Source: the human T2T-CHM13v2.0 reference genome, Homo sapiens
Length of the DNA: 64,000 nt
Assembly: GCF_009914755.1 (NCBI RefSeq)
Contig: NC_060932.1
Strand: one strand, 5' to 3'
Part shown: in pieces, positions 1 to 20,812 of the stretch
Numbering within the stretch: the stretch's first letter is position 1
Layout: each line of letters starts with the position of its first letter
Translations under genes and position numbers: made by a program
Notes under the pieces: model-generated
The model's database searches: none
Told to the model about the DNA's origin: nothing
What the model saw: only the letters and a program-made list of their open reading frames with translations

Positions 1-457
1 AGGTTTGCTCATGGACATTTTTTACTGCTGTATCTGCCTCATTTAGAACAGTTGCCAGGAGCTTGGGATAGATGCTCAGTAAGTCTTTATTGAATGAATG
101 AGTATAATTCAGATCTTTCTTTTCCCAGTTCCTGTGTAGTTCAATCAGCTCGGCTTTGCTTCCTGCCTGTGAGTGCATTCTTGAGCACCTGTGTGTTCTT
201 TCCAAAAAAAGTCTTTTGACTAGAGCTAATTTGACTGTGATTCTTTTTTCCTCTGACAATCGTAAAAAGCCTGGATTGAGATAATACCTACCTCATGAAA
301 TAGACTATGGGGTGGAAAAAGATGGGGCCTGAGGGCTTCAGCAAGCAAACTGTATCTTGCAGGATATGTTATTTTGTGGTACATTGTGCATTTATTTTTT
401 CTCTTTTATTGTTCCCCTAAGTTAGTCTTACTAATATTCCAGCCAGCCACATGTTAG

Positions 458-908
<451 letters not shown>

Positions 909-911
909 TAA

Positions 912-1360
912 TATGGCGGAGACTACTAAGTGTCCAACAAAATCCATTATTTTCTTCTTCCATAACAACAACAACAAAAAAGATGTGCTATTCCATAGCT
1001 ACACAGCTAGTGGCCACATTTCCCAGCTTCCCTTGCAGCTAGGTATGACCGTGTGACTCAAGTGTTCCCAGTGGAATGAGCAAAAGCGGTCTGTGCAACT
1101 TCTTCCTCACTTGTTTATGATGGAATCCCCAGCCTTGGTGAACCACTCTTTCCTCCTGCCAGTTACCTGACATGGTGAAGACCAGAGTGCCCTTGGAAGT
1201 CACACATTGAGACTGCAGGGCAGCTATTAGCCTGGCTCCCTAAAGGATCATGTGGATAGATTTGCCCATCAACCTAGACCATCATTCTGGACTGTTGTGA
1301 GGGATAGAAATAAACTTTAAAAAAAGTCATGTTATTTTTTGGTGTCTTGTAACAACAGAC
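912..1360 (+). mobile_element. Old MaLR solo LTR (MLT1-like)
   Basis: Contains tttcccagcttcccttgcagctagg...gtgact and 3' agaaataaact...gtaacaaca, typical of MLT1-type LTRs. Confidence 0.65.
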
Positions 1361-1454
1361 TAGTGAGAGATCCTAAAGAGAAATGAGCCTTGGGGGTCAA
1401 TATCAGGGCTGTGATGTCTAATTGGCCCATTCTCCGATACAATGTGATGATTAA

Positions 1455-1680
1455 AATCATAGGCTTTGTGGTGAAACAACCTGGGTTTGAACAATAGCTT
1501 TTCTACTTACTAGTTTCAATCTACTAATAAACTGAGTAGTTTACTTAATCTCCCTGGGCCTTGGCTCTCTCTCTTTTTTTTTAAATTGAAGAACAATATT
1601 ACCTTAGAGGGTTATTAAGGGGATTAAATGAGATTAAAGTATATCAAGCACATGGTAAACATTTAAGAACAGTAGTGATC
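1455..1680 (+). mobile_element. MIR fragment
   Basis: MIR core-like: cctgggtttgaa...acttactag...ttacttaatctccctgggcct...gggattaaatgag. Confidence 0.65.
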
Positions 1681-1709
1681 ACAATTTTAAGTCTAGGAAT
1701 TCCTCCTCT

Positions 1710-1842
<133 letters not shown>

Positions 1843-2009
1843 GAATTCCTTCTCCATTGCCAACTTTGAGGGACAAAAGCTTGGATTTATTAGAGAGACG
1901 GTTGGTTTCCTTATAAGGCACAAAAAGAGCTTTGGGTTATCTACGTTGACTGTGGTGAGACACCAAATGCCATAATCTCTGACTCTTCCAAACAAGAGGT
2001 GTTCTCACT

Positions 2010-3140
2010 TTCAAAATTGAGGTACAATTCGCATACCATAAAATGCATAAATCTTAATCATATAGATCAGTAAGCTTTGAAAAACATATACACTGCACTG
2101 GAGTTAAGTATCACACCAGCCAATCTATAGAATATTTCCATCATCCCAGAAAAGGTCCTTGTCCCCTCTCCAGTCAATTCCATTCCCAGTGGCAACCACT
2201 ATCCTGATTTCCATCATCAAAACTTAGTTTTTCTTGTTCTAGAATTTTATATCAATGGAATTATACAGGATATGGTTTATTTTGCTCAACTTAATGTTTC
2301 TGGGATTCATCCATGTTGTTGGTATCATGTCAAAGACAAAACTAAGTCTGAGACAAAATTAGCAAAGGCTCATTATTCATAAACTTGTGGCGAGGGAACC
2401 CATCTGCCATCACTTTTGTGTCAGCAAGGGTTCAAAGGTGTTAGAAAGAAAAGTAAGTTTTCATAGAGCAAAAAGAGGAAATCTTGGGACAGTCTCTGAT
2501 TGGCAAATATTCTGTTAGGGTGGGATTTTTGGAAGCAGGGGAGACTTTCTAATTGGTTTTCAGGTACATTTGGCAGTTCTCAGTTGGTTGAAAGGGAGCC
2601 AGTGGGAGCAGTTTAGGAACAGTTCAAAAGAGGAAGCTGGGCATGGTGACTCACGCCTGTAGTCCCAGCACTTTGGAAAACTGAGGATGGAACACTGTTT
2701 GAAGCTGGGAGCAGCCTGGACAACACAGTGAGATCCTGTCTCCACATAAAATTTTAAAATTAGCCAGGCATGGTGATGCACCTGTAGTCCTAGGTACTTG
2801 GGAGGCTGAGGCAAGAGGATTGTTTGAGCTCAGGAATTTCAGGCTGCAGTGAGCTCTGATCACACCTCTGCACTCCAGACTGGGTGACAGAGTGAGACCC
2901 TGTGTCAGAAAAAAGAGAAAAGAGTGTTCAGTATTGGGAGCGGAGGGCTTTCTGTGGCTAGCCATCGCCTGGAACAATGTTTTTTTTGTGGTCAAACTGT
3001 CATAACAGTCCTTTGAGGGGGATGTTGCCAGAGCAAGTAATTTCTCAATCAGTAATTTGGTCTTTTTCACTCCTGAGTAAGTATTCCATTCAGCATATTA
3101 TACCATTGCATAGCAAACTACAATTTGTCTATCCATTGAT
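2010..3140 (-). mobile_element. Old L1M 3' fragment interrupted by an ERV1-type LTR (~2328-3060) that carries an AluJ (2636-2915, +)
   Basis: L1M 3'UTR-like text at 2010-2325 resumes at ~3060 (gtattccatt). The insert starts tgtcaaagacaaa, the reverse complement of a MER4-group LTR end. Confidence 0.55.
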
Positions 3141-3191
3141 AAATTCTCTTGGGAAAAAACTCAATATACAGCCAATAAATTTGTTAAACTA

Positions 3192-3637
<446 letters not shown>

Positions 3638-4393
3638 CTAAACGTTGGTTAATTTTTTTTTCGGTTAGAGAATAAATAGGTACAATTTTTTTTTTACTAG
3701 TCTCCGAGTCTTTCAGCATTTTAAAAATTTTTCTATAATTTATTTTAAAGAATCCAAATTAGGCCCAGTCCAAAAAAAGGGAGTCATCTCCTATTTTAGC
3801 AAGCGCTTAGCATAGCTACTAATTGAACCTCTTACATTTGTCTTTAATAAATCATCACTTCACCGAAGCAAGTAGAAGAATGGTAATTTGCAAGATTGTG
3901 TTGTCTTACTTACAAGTACTCAAGTAATTTCTCTCTCAGAATTCTCCTTGATCAAATGCCTACATTTTACATATCTTTCTTTAAAACATAATAAATCGTT
4001 CAGCATTATTATTTTCATGTAACAAATACTTATGTGGTAGGTGTCAGGGGCACAGTAGTGAAAAATCAACAAGCTGATCCTAAAAACAAGTTGCAAATAT
4101 TGTAAATGAACAGTTTCCAAGTGAGAAATTCATCAAGCTGAGATTTTGCTTTTGGTGAAAAGATGCAGAGAAGTGAGGAATAAAGACATAAGGTGAGATT
4201 TCCCAAGGAAGGGCATTCACTCTTACTTCCACAAGCTTGAAAATGCAGGAAGTTCTGTGGTCAAGAAGCTCATGTCTGGGATTAAAAGCATCATTCTTCA
4301 GAATGGCTGCTATTCCCTCACCCTAACGTGGAACATTGTTTATAACATACAACACACAAAGAATGGCATTCTTTAAATTTAAAAACAAGATGG

Positions 4394-4801
<408 letters not shown>

Positions 4802-5462
4802 TCATCTTCACAGAAAAAGCAAAGTTTGTTTGAAATTATCCTATCAAGGTACAAATGGGCAGAAATTAAAGACAGAAGCAATTTTTAATGAATAAATTTC
4901 CTTCACTCCAACAACTTTCTGCCATATAGTGATGAGAATGAGAAAGGAAACCTCAAATGCAAATGCTAAACTTTTACGCTGACCTGTTTTTACCGCTATC
5001 TAATCAGTGGGCCAATAATGTCCAGAACAGGCAGGCATTGCCTGAGACACAAGAACCATCCCTTGCTGTTTAAGTGACTATTCATGCTGGCAGCAATTTT
5101 CACAAAGAGAGAAAACACTGGGGGGAAGGAAAGAAAAGTTCATTTTCATTGCTATTCCTCTGTAATGCCAAAAATAGTCTGCCGAACAGTAGCAGGGGAA
5201 AAAAAAACTAACAGACAACTGGTGTTTGCCCGTTTCTAAAAAATATTTGTTAATGAATTGACTACAATGAATAATTGTTTTTGCATCGGCTGGAACAACT
5301 TAAGATTTGCCAATGAACAGACTGCTAGCCCAGTGATGGACAGTGGTGCTGCTGGTGGTAACAGAAGCTATTATTCTTTAAATGTTTGCTATGTGCCAGC
5401 CATTATTCCACATCTAATCCCACAATAAGCTAATGAAGTGAGCATTATATTGTGTTCAATGT

Positions 5463-5861
<399 letters not shown>

Positions 5862-7131
5862 ACAATGAGGAAATGAGACTAGGGTAAATTATTTGTCCAA
5901 GATCGCACAGCTAATATGCAGGAAGAGCTGGAATTTGAACCCAGGTTGGTGAACGTCAAAGCCATGTATAAGACATGCTGTGGAAGAGCTCATGCTTGCT
6001 AAAACTTGAGTTCCCAAAATGCCTAGGAAAACATGTGACTTGATATTAAAAACCTAATAATAATAGACCCCACATGCCTTAGATTTAAATAACTCCTTTT
6101 TTTTCCCCTGAATACTGTATTTCGTTAGAGCAGTTGAATTCACTCAGTTATGTACTGTACAGTCCAGCAAAGCCAACAATTATTTGGTTGTCACTGTAGG
6201 TTTCTGAAGAAAAAGTTGCTTAGGTGTTCTGTGCCTGGTTACTTGTATTATCTTTCTCTAGGTAAGATGTGTCTGATGCTAAGACAGTAGTTCACGGATA
6301 GAGAGAGGGAAGGCAACTGAAAGTCAAAGGAGGGTAAAAACCAGGAAACTTGAAGGGACCTATGAAAAACTGAGAAGAGTTAGGAGCAAACTGTTGAAAG
6401 ATACCACTGCGTGGTGCCCCAAGAGCAGCTGACAATTGGCATGTTATTTTTCATGTTCCTTTTACACAATGGAAAACCCATGACTCTGCTTTATGTATGA
6501 GGCAACTGAATAGTTTTACTCTAAAATGAGTTTCCAGACCTCTGGTATTTGATTAAAGAAAAGCAATCTCTTCATTTTTAAAGCACCCAATTTTTCAGTC
6601 CTTCCGATTTTTTTCTTTGGGAATACATTAAAACTATTAACTGTCCATGTGTTAAGTAGAAATTATAGGAGGTTATTGCTTTAGACTAAGCTCCTGCGCT
6701 AAGCCCCAACAGATCAAATTAAAAATCAAAATGGTGTCACTCATGCCCAAGGTTCCATATCACCAAACCAAATTAAATTGTTATCTGACCTTTTGAGAAA
6801 TCAGGAGAGAGATGTAACAGCATAATTTTCCAGACAGGTCAGTTTTAATCAGGATGACGATAAAGTTCCCTCTGCTTTAATTCTCACAACAAAAGGTAAA
6901 CTGAGGTAACTGGATGTTAACCAGTTATTTCTCTAATGTTCTGTTTTCTTGTTCCTGCCTTACAAGGAAAGTAACTTTGAAATGACCAATATGCTTTTTG
7001 TTCTTTCTTTCTGTTTTCTTCAGCCCCGTCTATAAAACCAAACTTGTCTGCTTGGATCATTAGAACATTTATTCTATTTAATTGAATGAAGTGTTGTTGG
7101 ATTCTAGAATTGCAAATAAGCCAATTAAGAT

Positions 7132-7410
7132 TTTTTTTTTTTTTTTACAGAATCTTGCTCTGTTTCCCAGGCTGGAGTGCAGTAGCACAATCACGGCTCA
7201 CTGCAGCCTTCACCTCCTGGGCTCAAGTGATCCTCCCACCTCAGCCTCCTGAGTAGCTGGGACTACAGGCACACACTACCACACCTGGCTAATTTTTGTA
7301 TTTTTTGTAGAGATAGGGTTTTGCCATGTTGCCCAGACTAGTTTTGAACTCCTAGGCTCAAGCAGTCTGCCTGCCTCAGCCTCCCAAAGTGCTGGGATTT
7401 CAGAAGCAGC
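7132..7410 (-). mobile_element. AluJ
   Basis: Antisense Alu with TSD gccaattaagat (7120-7131 and 7412-7423). Confidence 0.92.
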
Positions 7411-7433
7411 TGCCAATTAAGATATTCAAGTGA

Positions 7434-7837
<404 letters not shown>

Positions 7838-8069
7838 TTATATACATAAAGTGTAAAATATGTTCTACTTAATTTAGCCTTTCTCTTTAATTATCATTTT
7901 CTGAACGTAAATTATATGGCTGTCTATCAAAATGTGCAAATAAAAAATTCCTACTTTGACACTATCAAAATAAGATATTTAAGTACATAACTAAATTACA
8001 GTTTATCTTCAATATACCTTATTCATCACCTCACACAGAATTTATCTGATGTTTGGATATTTAAAAAGC

Positions 8070-8285
8070 CTTCTTTACAAACTATTGATTCATGCTACAT
8101 GGATGAGCTTTAATCCCATTTATATGAAATGTCCAGAACAGGCAAATCTATAGCGACAGAAAGTAGATTAGTGGTTGCTTAAGGCTGATAAGTGGGGACC
8201 CAGGGACTGACAACTAATGGGGATGGGGTTTCTTTTATGAGGGATGAAAGTGTTCTAAATTTAGATTGTAGGGATATTTGTGAAC
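8070..8285 (+). mobile_element. L1M 3'UTR fragment
   Basis: gaaatgtccagaacaggcaaatctatag...agattagtggttgc...gtttctttt...gatgaaagtgttct. Confidence 0.7.
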
Positions 8286-9328
8286 TATCCTCTTTTATTT
8301 CCATTTAAACCCCAACAAATTTGCATGTGGGAATACATGCCACTTTAAGTATTGACATAGCAAAATCACATAGTTGCATTCAGAGTTATTCAGCGGTGAG
8401 ACATGCTACTGTTTATATCTCATCTTTCACAGAGTTGGAGGGTGGCCAGTGATTTCAAATCCATACACACAGTGCGATGTTTTCTGGTGTAATTAACAAG
8501 TGAGAATGTAAATGACTGATGCTGTGTGTCTAGTTTTAGCTCAACCACAAAACCATCTTTTAAAACCAGGAGCTACAACATAAAGAAAGAAATTCTATTT
8601 AAATAACAATGCTCCATCTGTAGAAAATCAAAGCCAATTACTCTAACCCTTCATTTTCTCTATGCCCTCGTTGTTGAGGACCCAGGCAAGTCAGGAAGAT
8701 AATTCGTCTGTTGGAATCTTTTTTCTCCTGCTACCAGTTGAGCAATGAATGAATAAATGCACACAAAAAGATACATGAAAGGAGATCACATATGTGAAAG
8801 AAAATAACATAGTGTCTAGCATATGGTGGGTATGTGATAAATAAATGATACAGTAGCTTCTTAATAAATAGGAGGGGGTTGTTTCCTGCTAAATAGAGAG
8901 CAAGCTTCAGCTTGAAGCTCTTCACTAATGCATAATTACTACTTCACTATGTGAGAGATTCAGAATATAATTAGTTATTTTCAGTATTTAGACTTTTGCT
9001 TATTGGGGCAGGGGCAAGAGGATAGAATGCAGAAAGGAGATGATCTATTTTTTTTGTTAGTGCTTACACTTTGCGAGTATGGGGAAAAGAACATTCAATC
9101 TGGTGGTTCTTGGTGTTTTTAACCTTTTACTCTCTGGCCTCCTTGGAGAACTGTCAGGAAAATTTTTAATTTTCACTCTCTTGCTTTGAGATCCATGAAT
9201 CAAGAAGAGATTGTCCTGAGAGACAAAGACACTTTTCAACTTAGTAGCCTCAGCCTTCAAGCTGATTTGAGAGAGGTGTTGAGTGCCCAGACATCATGCC
9301 AAATTGTTTTGACCCGCAACAGTAATGA

Positions 9329-9759
<431 letters not shown>

Positions 9760-9889
9760 TCCAAATCACTTTTAAGGGAGTTCTGAGGACAGACACAAGG
9801 TTTACAGCCTTCCAAAATCTGAGAGTAGCAGCATTTGTTTTAAGGTTGCATAGAAAAAAAATGAGCTGACCTCTTCTGGGCAGGGTGTA

Positions 9890-10000
9890 TCATTCATTCA
9901 TTTATTCATTCACTAATTTCATTCAGCTCAATAAATAATGAGCATCTATTATGTGCCAGACTCTGTCTTAGGTCATGGAGATACTCTATTAAATGAAGAT
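9890..10000 (-). mobile_element. L2 3' fragment
   Basis: cattcattca...tgagcatctattatgtgccagactctgt...aggtcatggagata. Confidence 0.6.
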
Positions 10001-10577
10001 ATTTAAAATTGATAGTGATGCTGAGAGGGGGATGTAAAAAGAAGGAAAGAAAATGAGGAAGAAGCCTAGATTGTTATTGGCCCGGGTTAATAGGGATAAT
10101 GGTCAAATTAGAAACAAACAAAGAAATATACAAACAAACTAGAGAACATGTTAAGGTTAGTAGGATTGCATCGGAAAAAAAAAAGAAATCTGTACTGGAA
10201 GATGAAAAAGAATAGCTATGTAAAAGGGAAGTAGTAAGGGAGAGAGAAGAGCTTGCAAAAGCTGTGTTTGCCTGAAACTATTTGTGAAGATCTTGAAGAT
10301 GGACAGCTGAGAGCTTTCATGCCAACTTCTGTGAGTGTAGAATTAGAAAAAGAAGGCATAAGAAGGGAAAAAAGAATAAACATATTTTGTTTGAATAAGT
10401 GACTCACTCTTTTGGAATTTTCTTTTTGGTCAAATTTATTTTGAATTGATAATACTTGGTTTCAGAAAAAAGTAAGTGTGTATACAGTAAAAAATGTCTC
10501 TTTCCTAGTCTAACACACAGTTACTCTTTCCTAAGGCACCAGTTGTGTTTGTTTCTTGTATGTCCTCCCATGGATAT

Positions 10578-10987
10578 TGTATTAGTCCATTTTGCACTGC
10601 TGTAAAAAATACCCAAGAGGCACTTTATAAAGAAAAGAGGTTTAATTGGCTCATGGTCCTGCAGGTTGTACAGGAAGCATGACAGCATCTGCTTCCGGGG
10701 AGTCCTCAGGAAACTTACAATCATGGCAGAAGGTGAACGGGCAGCAGGCACGGCCGACGTGGCCAGAGCGGAGGAAGAGAGAGAGTGGGGGGCGGTGCTA
10801 CACACTTTTAAACAATCAGATCTCATGAGAACTCCATCATGAGAACAGCACCAAAGGGATGGTGCTAAACCATTCATGAAAGACCCACCCCCACGATCCA
10901 ATCATCTCCCACCAGGACCTACCTCCAACACTGGGGATTACGATTCAACATGAGATTTGGGTGAGAACACAGATCCAAATCATATCA
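10578..10987 (-). mobile_element. MST (MSTA/B) MaLR solo LTR
   Basis: tgtattagtccatttt...aaacttacaatcatggcagaagg...ccaaatcatatca; 5-bp TSD GATAT on both sides. Confidence 0.93.
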
Positions 10988-11274
10988 GATATTATGCAAA
11001 TACAAGTACATGCAGTAATATTTTTTAAAATGCAAGTTCTAAAGCAAATACAAGTACAGGCAGTAATATTTTTTCTCTTTTTATGTAAATGGTACCATAC
11101 TAAATATGGAGGGGAAAGTATTGAAGTTCTTCTGTGATCAGAATTGCAATTTGGAAGAAAATGCACTGTTTGGTACTAAATATAATCAGATAAAGGACTA
11201 AAGTGTGTGTATTTGTCATAGATAAGCTCCTTGAGGAAAAGGTTCTGGGTCTCTGAGGCATGTGTGTGAATTGT

Positions 11275-13060
11275 TCTAGCCACTTGGTCTTGTAGTGCCT
11301 CTTCCTTGGTTGATGTTCTCTGGTGGATAACATGTCTTGACTACTCCAGTCTTTCTGTCTACAAACCTCTTCCTCAGATTTTCTTTTTCCCAGTGTTCCA
11401 GTCCTTCTCCTTTCAAGGTCTTGACCAAACAACCAAACCATTAGCCACTGTCCATGAGTCTGCATAGTCTTAGCTTGGGCCATTTTTCTTTTGCACAAAG
11501 TGGATGACCCCAGGTTCACCAACAGAAGCTGTCTCCATTGGGAGGATCTCCCTTCTCTATTTTTCACTTGTACCCATATATTGAGCCGAATCATCCATGA
11601 ACCAAGCCCTGTCTTTTTCCTTCTCTATGAACTGTGCACAAGGGCCCTGTTATGTAGTCACAGGTGTGAGCTGAGGGAAAGGTGCTGGTGCAATAGTGGT
11701 GAATGACATGGGGGCTGGGGCACCTGCTCGTATAGCTTATTTTTTCTTTTTGCCCTTTGCATGTGCTCCATCCTGAATGTGTAACTTCCATCTTAGAATG
11801 GAATGCTGCTGAATGCACCTGACCTTATAACTTTGTGGGTGTGACAGATCCAGTTTGTGATGGGTAGTTCTGGACACATGGTCAATTCCTGTCCCACAGC
11901 CAAGCATTTCCTCTCTACCAGAACCTAATAGCATACCAGCAGCTGCTTTTCAGATGGTTTATAATTACCTGCTACAAACGGCATGATTTGGCCCAGAACC
12001 CTAGGGATCTGCATTGTGATTCTTATGTTGGAATAAAATCCATATGGCATCTGCCTATAGCAGATTTCTCTAACAGCATGGGATTAGCTGGGTCAAATGG
12101 CAAAGTGATAGATCTGTACTGCAGGCTGGATCTGCTGCAGAACCCTTTACTACTCTGGGCCTTACTCAAAGCAGGAAGCTTCCTTGTTATTTGGTAAAAA
12201 ATAGGCCAGAGCTGTATTTCTGAGTGTAGAATATGATACCTCCAGAATTTGAAGATCCCTTCTAGGTGTTTTGGTTCCCTGCTACTGGTGGAAAGTGTGA
12301 CATACATTAATGTGTCCTTCAATTTTGTGGGGATATCCCATCATGCCTTAGACCATTGACCCTGAATAGCTTTGCTGATGTAGTAGGCCCTTGAAACTTT
12401 GCTGCGTTTTTTTTCTCTATTGTCTGGAATGTGTGTCTTACTGAAGCTTCCAACACACTTGCCACTTTTTGTTTATCTGGACCAACCAACATAGTGTCAT
12501 CAATCCAATGGGCCAAGGTGATATTCTGCAGAATGGCCAGAGAATTCAGTTCCCTTTGGGCCATATTTTGACATAGCCCTGTGCCAAGACAGTAAACATA
12601 TAGTCAGTCCCAAGTGAATATAAATTTTCGAATCTGTCTTTCTGAGACAGAAAAGAAGGTATTTGATAGTTCAGTGGCCACATACCATGTACCAGAAGCA
12701 GTGTTAATCTGCTCCAACAAAGATACCACATCTGACATAGCAGGTACAATTTGGGCCACTATACTAGAGTTTGAGGCAGTCCACTGTCATGTTCCAAGAT
12801 CCAATTTTTTTGTAGGAGCTAGATTGAAGAAGTAAGTGGATGTTTGATGTGAACCACTAATCCCTGCATCCTTTAGGTCTCTAAGAATAGAATTAATCTC
12901 TGACATTCCTCCCTGGATATGATACTGTTTTTTAACTTACTATCATTCCAAGGTGGTAGGGGGACACTTCTAGTTCCCATTTTGTTAAATTTTACCCCAA
13001 ACCAAGTAACAAATGTAGAGTATTCTGCCAACTATTAAGTATGTCTAGTCCAATAATTCA
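11275..13060 (-). mobile_element. Ancient ERVL-class internal fragment (pol: RT/RNase H remnants)
   Basis: Fragmented translations YMFTVLAQGY, ITLAHWIDDTMLVG (YIDD-type RT motif) and GIFKFWRYHI resemble ERV-L Pol; many stops and frameshifts. Confidence 0.8.
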
Positions 13061-13159
13061 TGCATACATACACACATATGTGTTTGCAAGACACAAAAAT
13101 AAATCAATTGTATACAAAATGTACAAATATCAATTATATTTTATAGGATAGAAATGAAC

Positions 13160-15220
<2,061 letters not shown>

Positions 15221-15446
15221 ATGCATCTTTTATGACCAAGACACTTCACTTAAGATATGTGTAAAATGTGTTTAATATAGCCTTGGTTGACACTGTAAGA
15301 ATCTGTGAACAATGCAATGCCCATTATTAGGGGATTATTTAAATAAATGTTGATGCCTTCATACGATGGAATTATAAAATACTAAAAAGAATTTTACTCA
15401 TGTCTACACACAGAAAGATACCAAGTTATTTTAAATATAAGAAATA

Positions 15447-15733
15447 GACCGGGTGTGGTGGCTTATGCCTATAATCCCAGCACTTTGGGAGGTCAAAGTG
15501 GGCGGACTGCTTAAGCCCAGGAGTTCAAGATCAGGATGGGCAATATGGTGAAACCCCGTTTCTACAAGAGAAAAAAAATATTAGCTGGGCATGGTGGCAT
15601 GTGCCTGTAGTTCCAGCTACTCAGGAGGCTGAGGTGGGAGGATTGTTTGAGCCCCAGAGGTCAAGGTTGCAGTGATCTGTGATCATGCCACTGCACTTCA
15701 GCCAATGTGAAAGAGTGAGACCCTGTCTCAAAA

Positions 15734-15780
<47 letters not shown>
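15447..15780 (+). mobile_element. AluJ with (TAAA)n tail
   Basis: Dimeric Alu with a TAAA run. Confidence 0.93.
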
Positions 15781-15783
<3 letters not shown>

Positions 15784-15784
15784 G

Positions 15785-16404
15785 CTTGCTGCTGGAGATA
15801 TACAATGGTACAGCCACTGTAGACAACAGTTTGACAGTTATTCCAAAAATTAAACATAGAGTTACCATATGACCCAGAAATTCCACTCCTCGGTATCATA
15901 TATACCCAAGAGAATTGAAAATACATGTTCATGTAAAAACTTGTACATGAATGCTCATAGCAGCATTATTCATAATAGTCAAAAAGTGGAAACAACCCAA
16001 ATGTCCATCTGATAAATGGATAAACAAAAAGTGCTATAGCCATATGATGGAATATTATTCATAAAAAGGAATAAAAAGGAATAAAAAGGAATGAAGTACT
16101 GGTATATCCTACAGCGTGGGTTAACCTGAAAGAAGCCAGACATAGAAAGCCACATATTGTATGATTCCGTTGATATGTAATGTCCAGAATGGGGAACCCC
16201 TAGAGACAGTGGATTAGTGGCTGACAGAGGCTGAGTGAGAGGAAGAATTGGGACTGATTGCTAATAGATACGGCATTTCTTTTTGCAAGGATGAAAATAT
16301 TCTAGGTGATATGGTGATGGTTACACAACACAGTGAATATAATAAAACAACCAAATGCATACTTTCAAATAGCGAATTTTATGTTATATGAAGTACATAT
16401 CAAT
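15785..16404 (+). mobile_element. L1MB-type 3' end
   Basis: agagttaccatatgacccagaaattccactcc...aaacaacccaaatgtccatc...atggtgatggttacacaaca. Confidence 0.85.
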
Positions 16405-17815
<1,411 letters not shown>

Positions 17816-17924
17816 TAAGTATTATTTTTAAAAAGCTGTGAAGAGCAAAAGTTGTAATGTTAAGAAAAGTAATATGGATATAGCATAATTAGGTATAGTA
17901 AAACATAATTTTACTTAAAAATTA

Positions 17925-18288
<364 letters not shown>

Positions 18289-18543
18289 TTATATTCATAT
18301 GTTAATATATGTATATAATTAATTTGGAGGACTATTCATTGAACTGTGGAAAACGAATAGTAGAGTTTTGCTATTAAATATGTCATATCAAAATCATTTT
18401 AAAATCATCTTTTAAGTGAAAATCATTTTATACTTTCTATTTGTACGAACTTAGCTTTTTGTATATTGAAAGAAATGGTTTTCATTCAATAGATAAGATA
18501 TATATGTGAGATATTTGTAATTTAAAATAGTTTGGGTTTTTTT

Positions 18544-20812
<2,269 letters not shown>

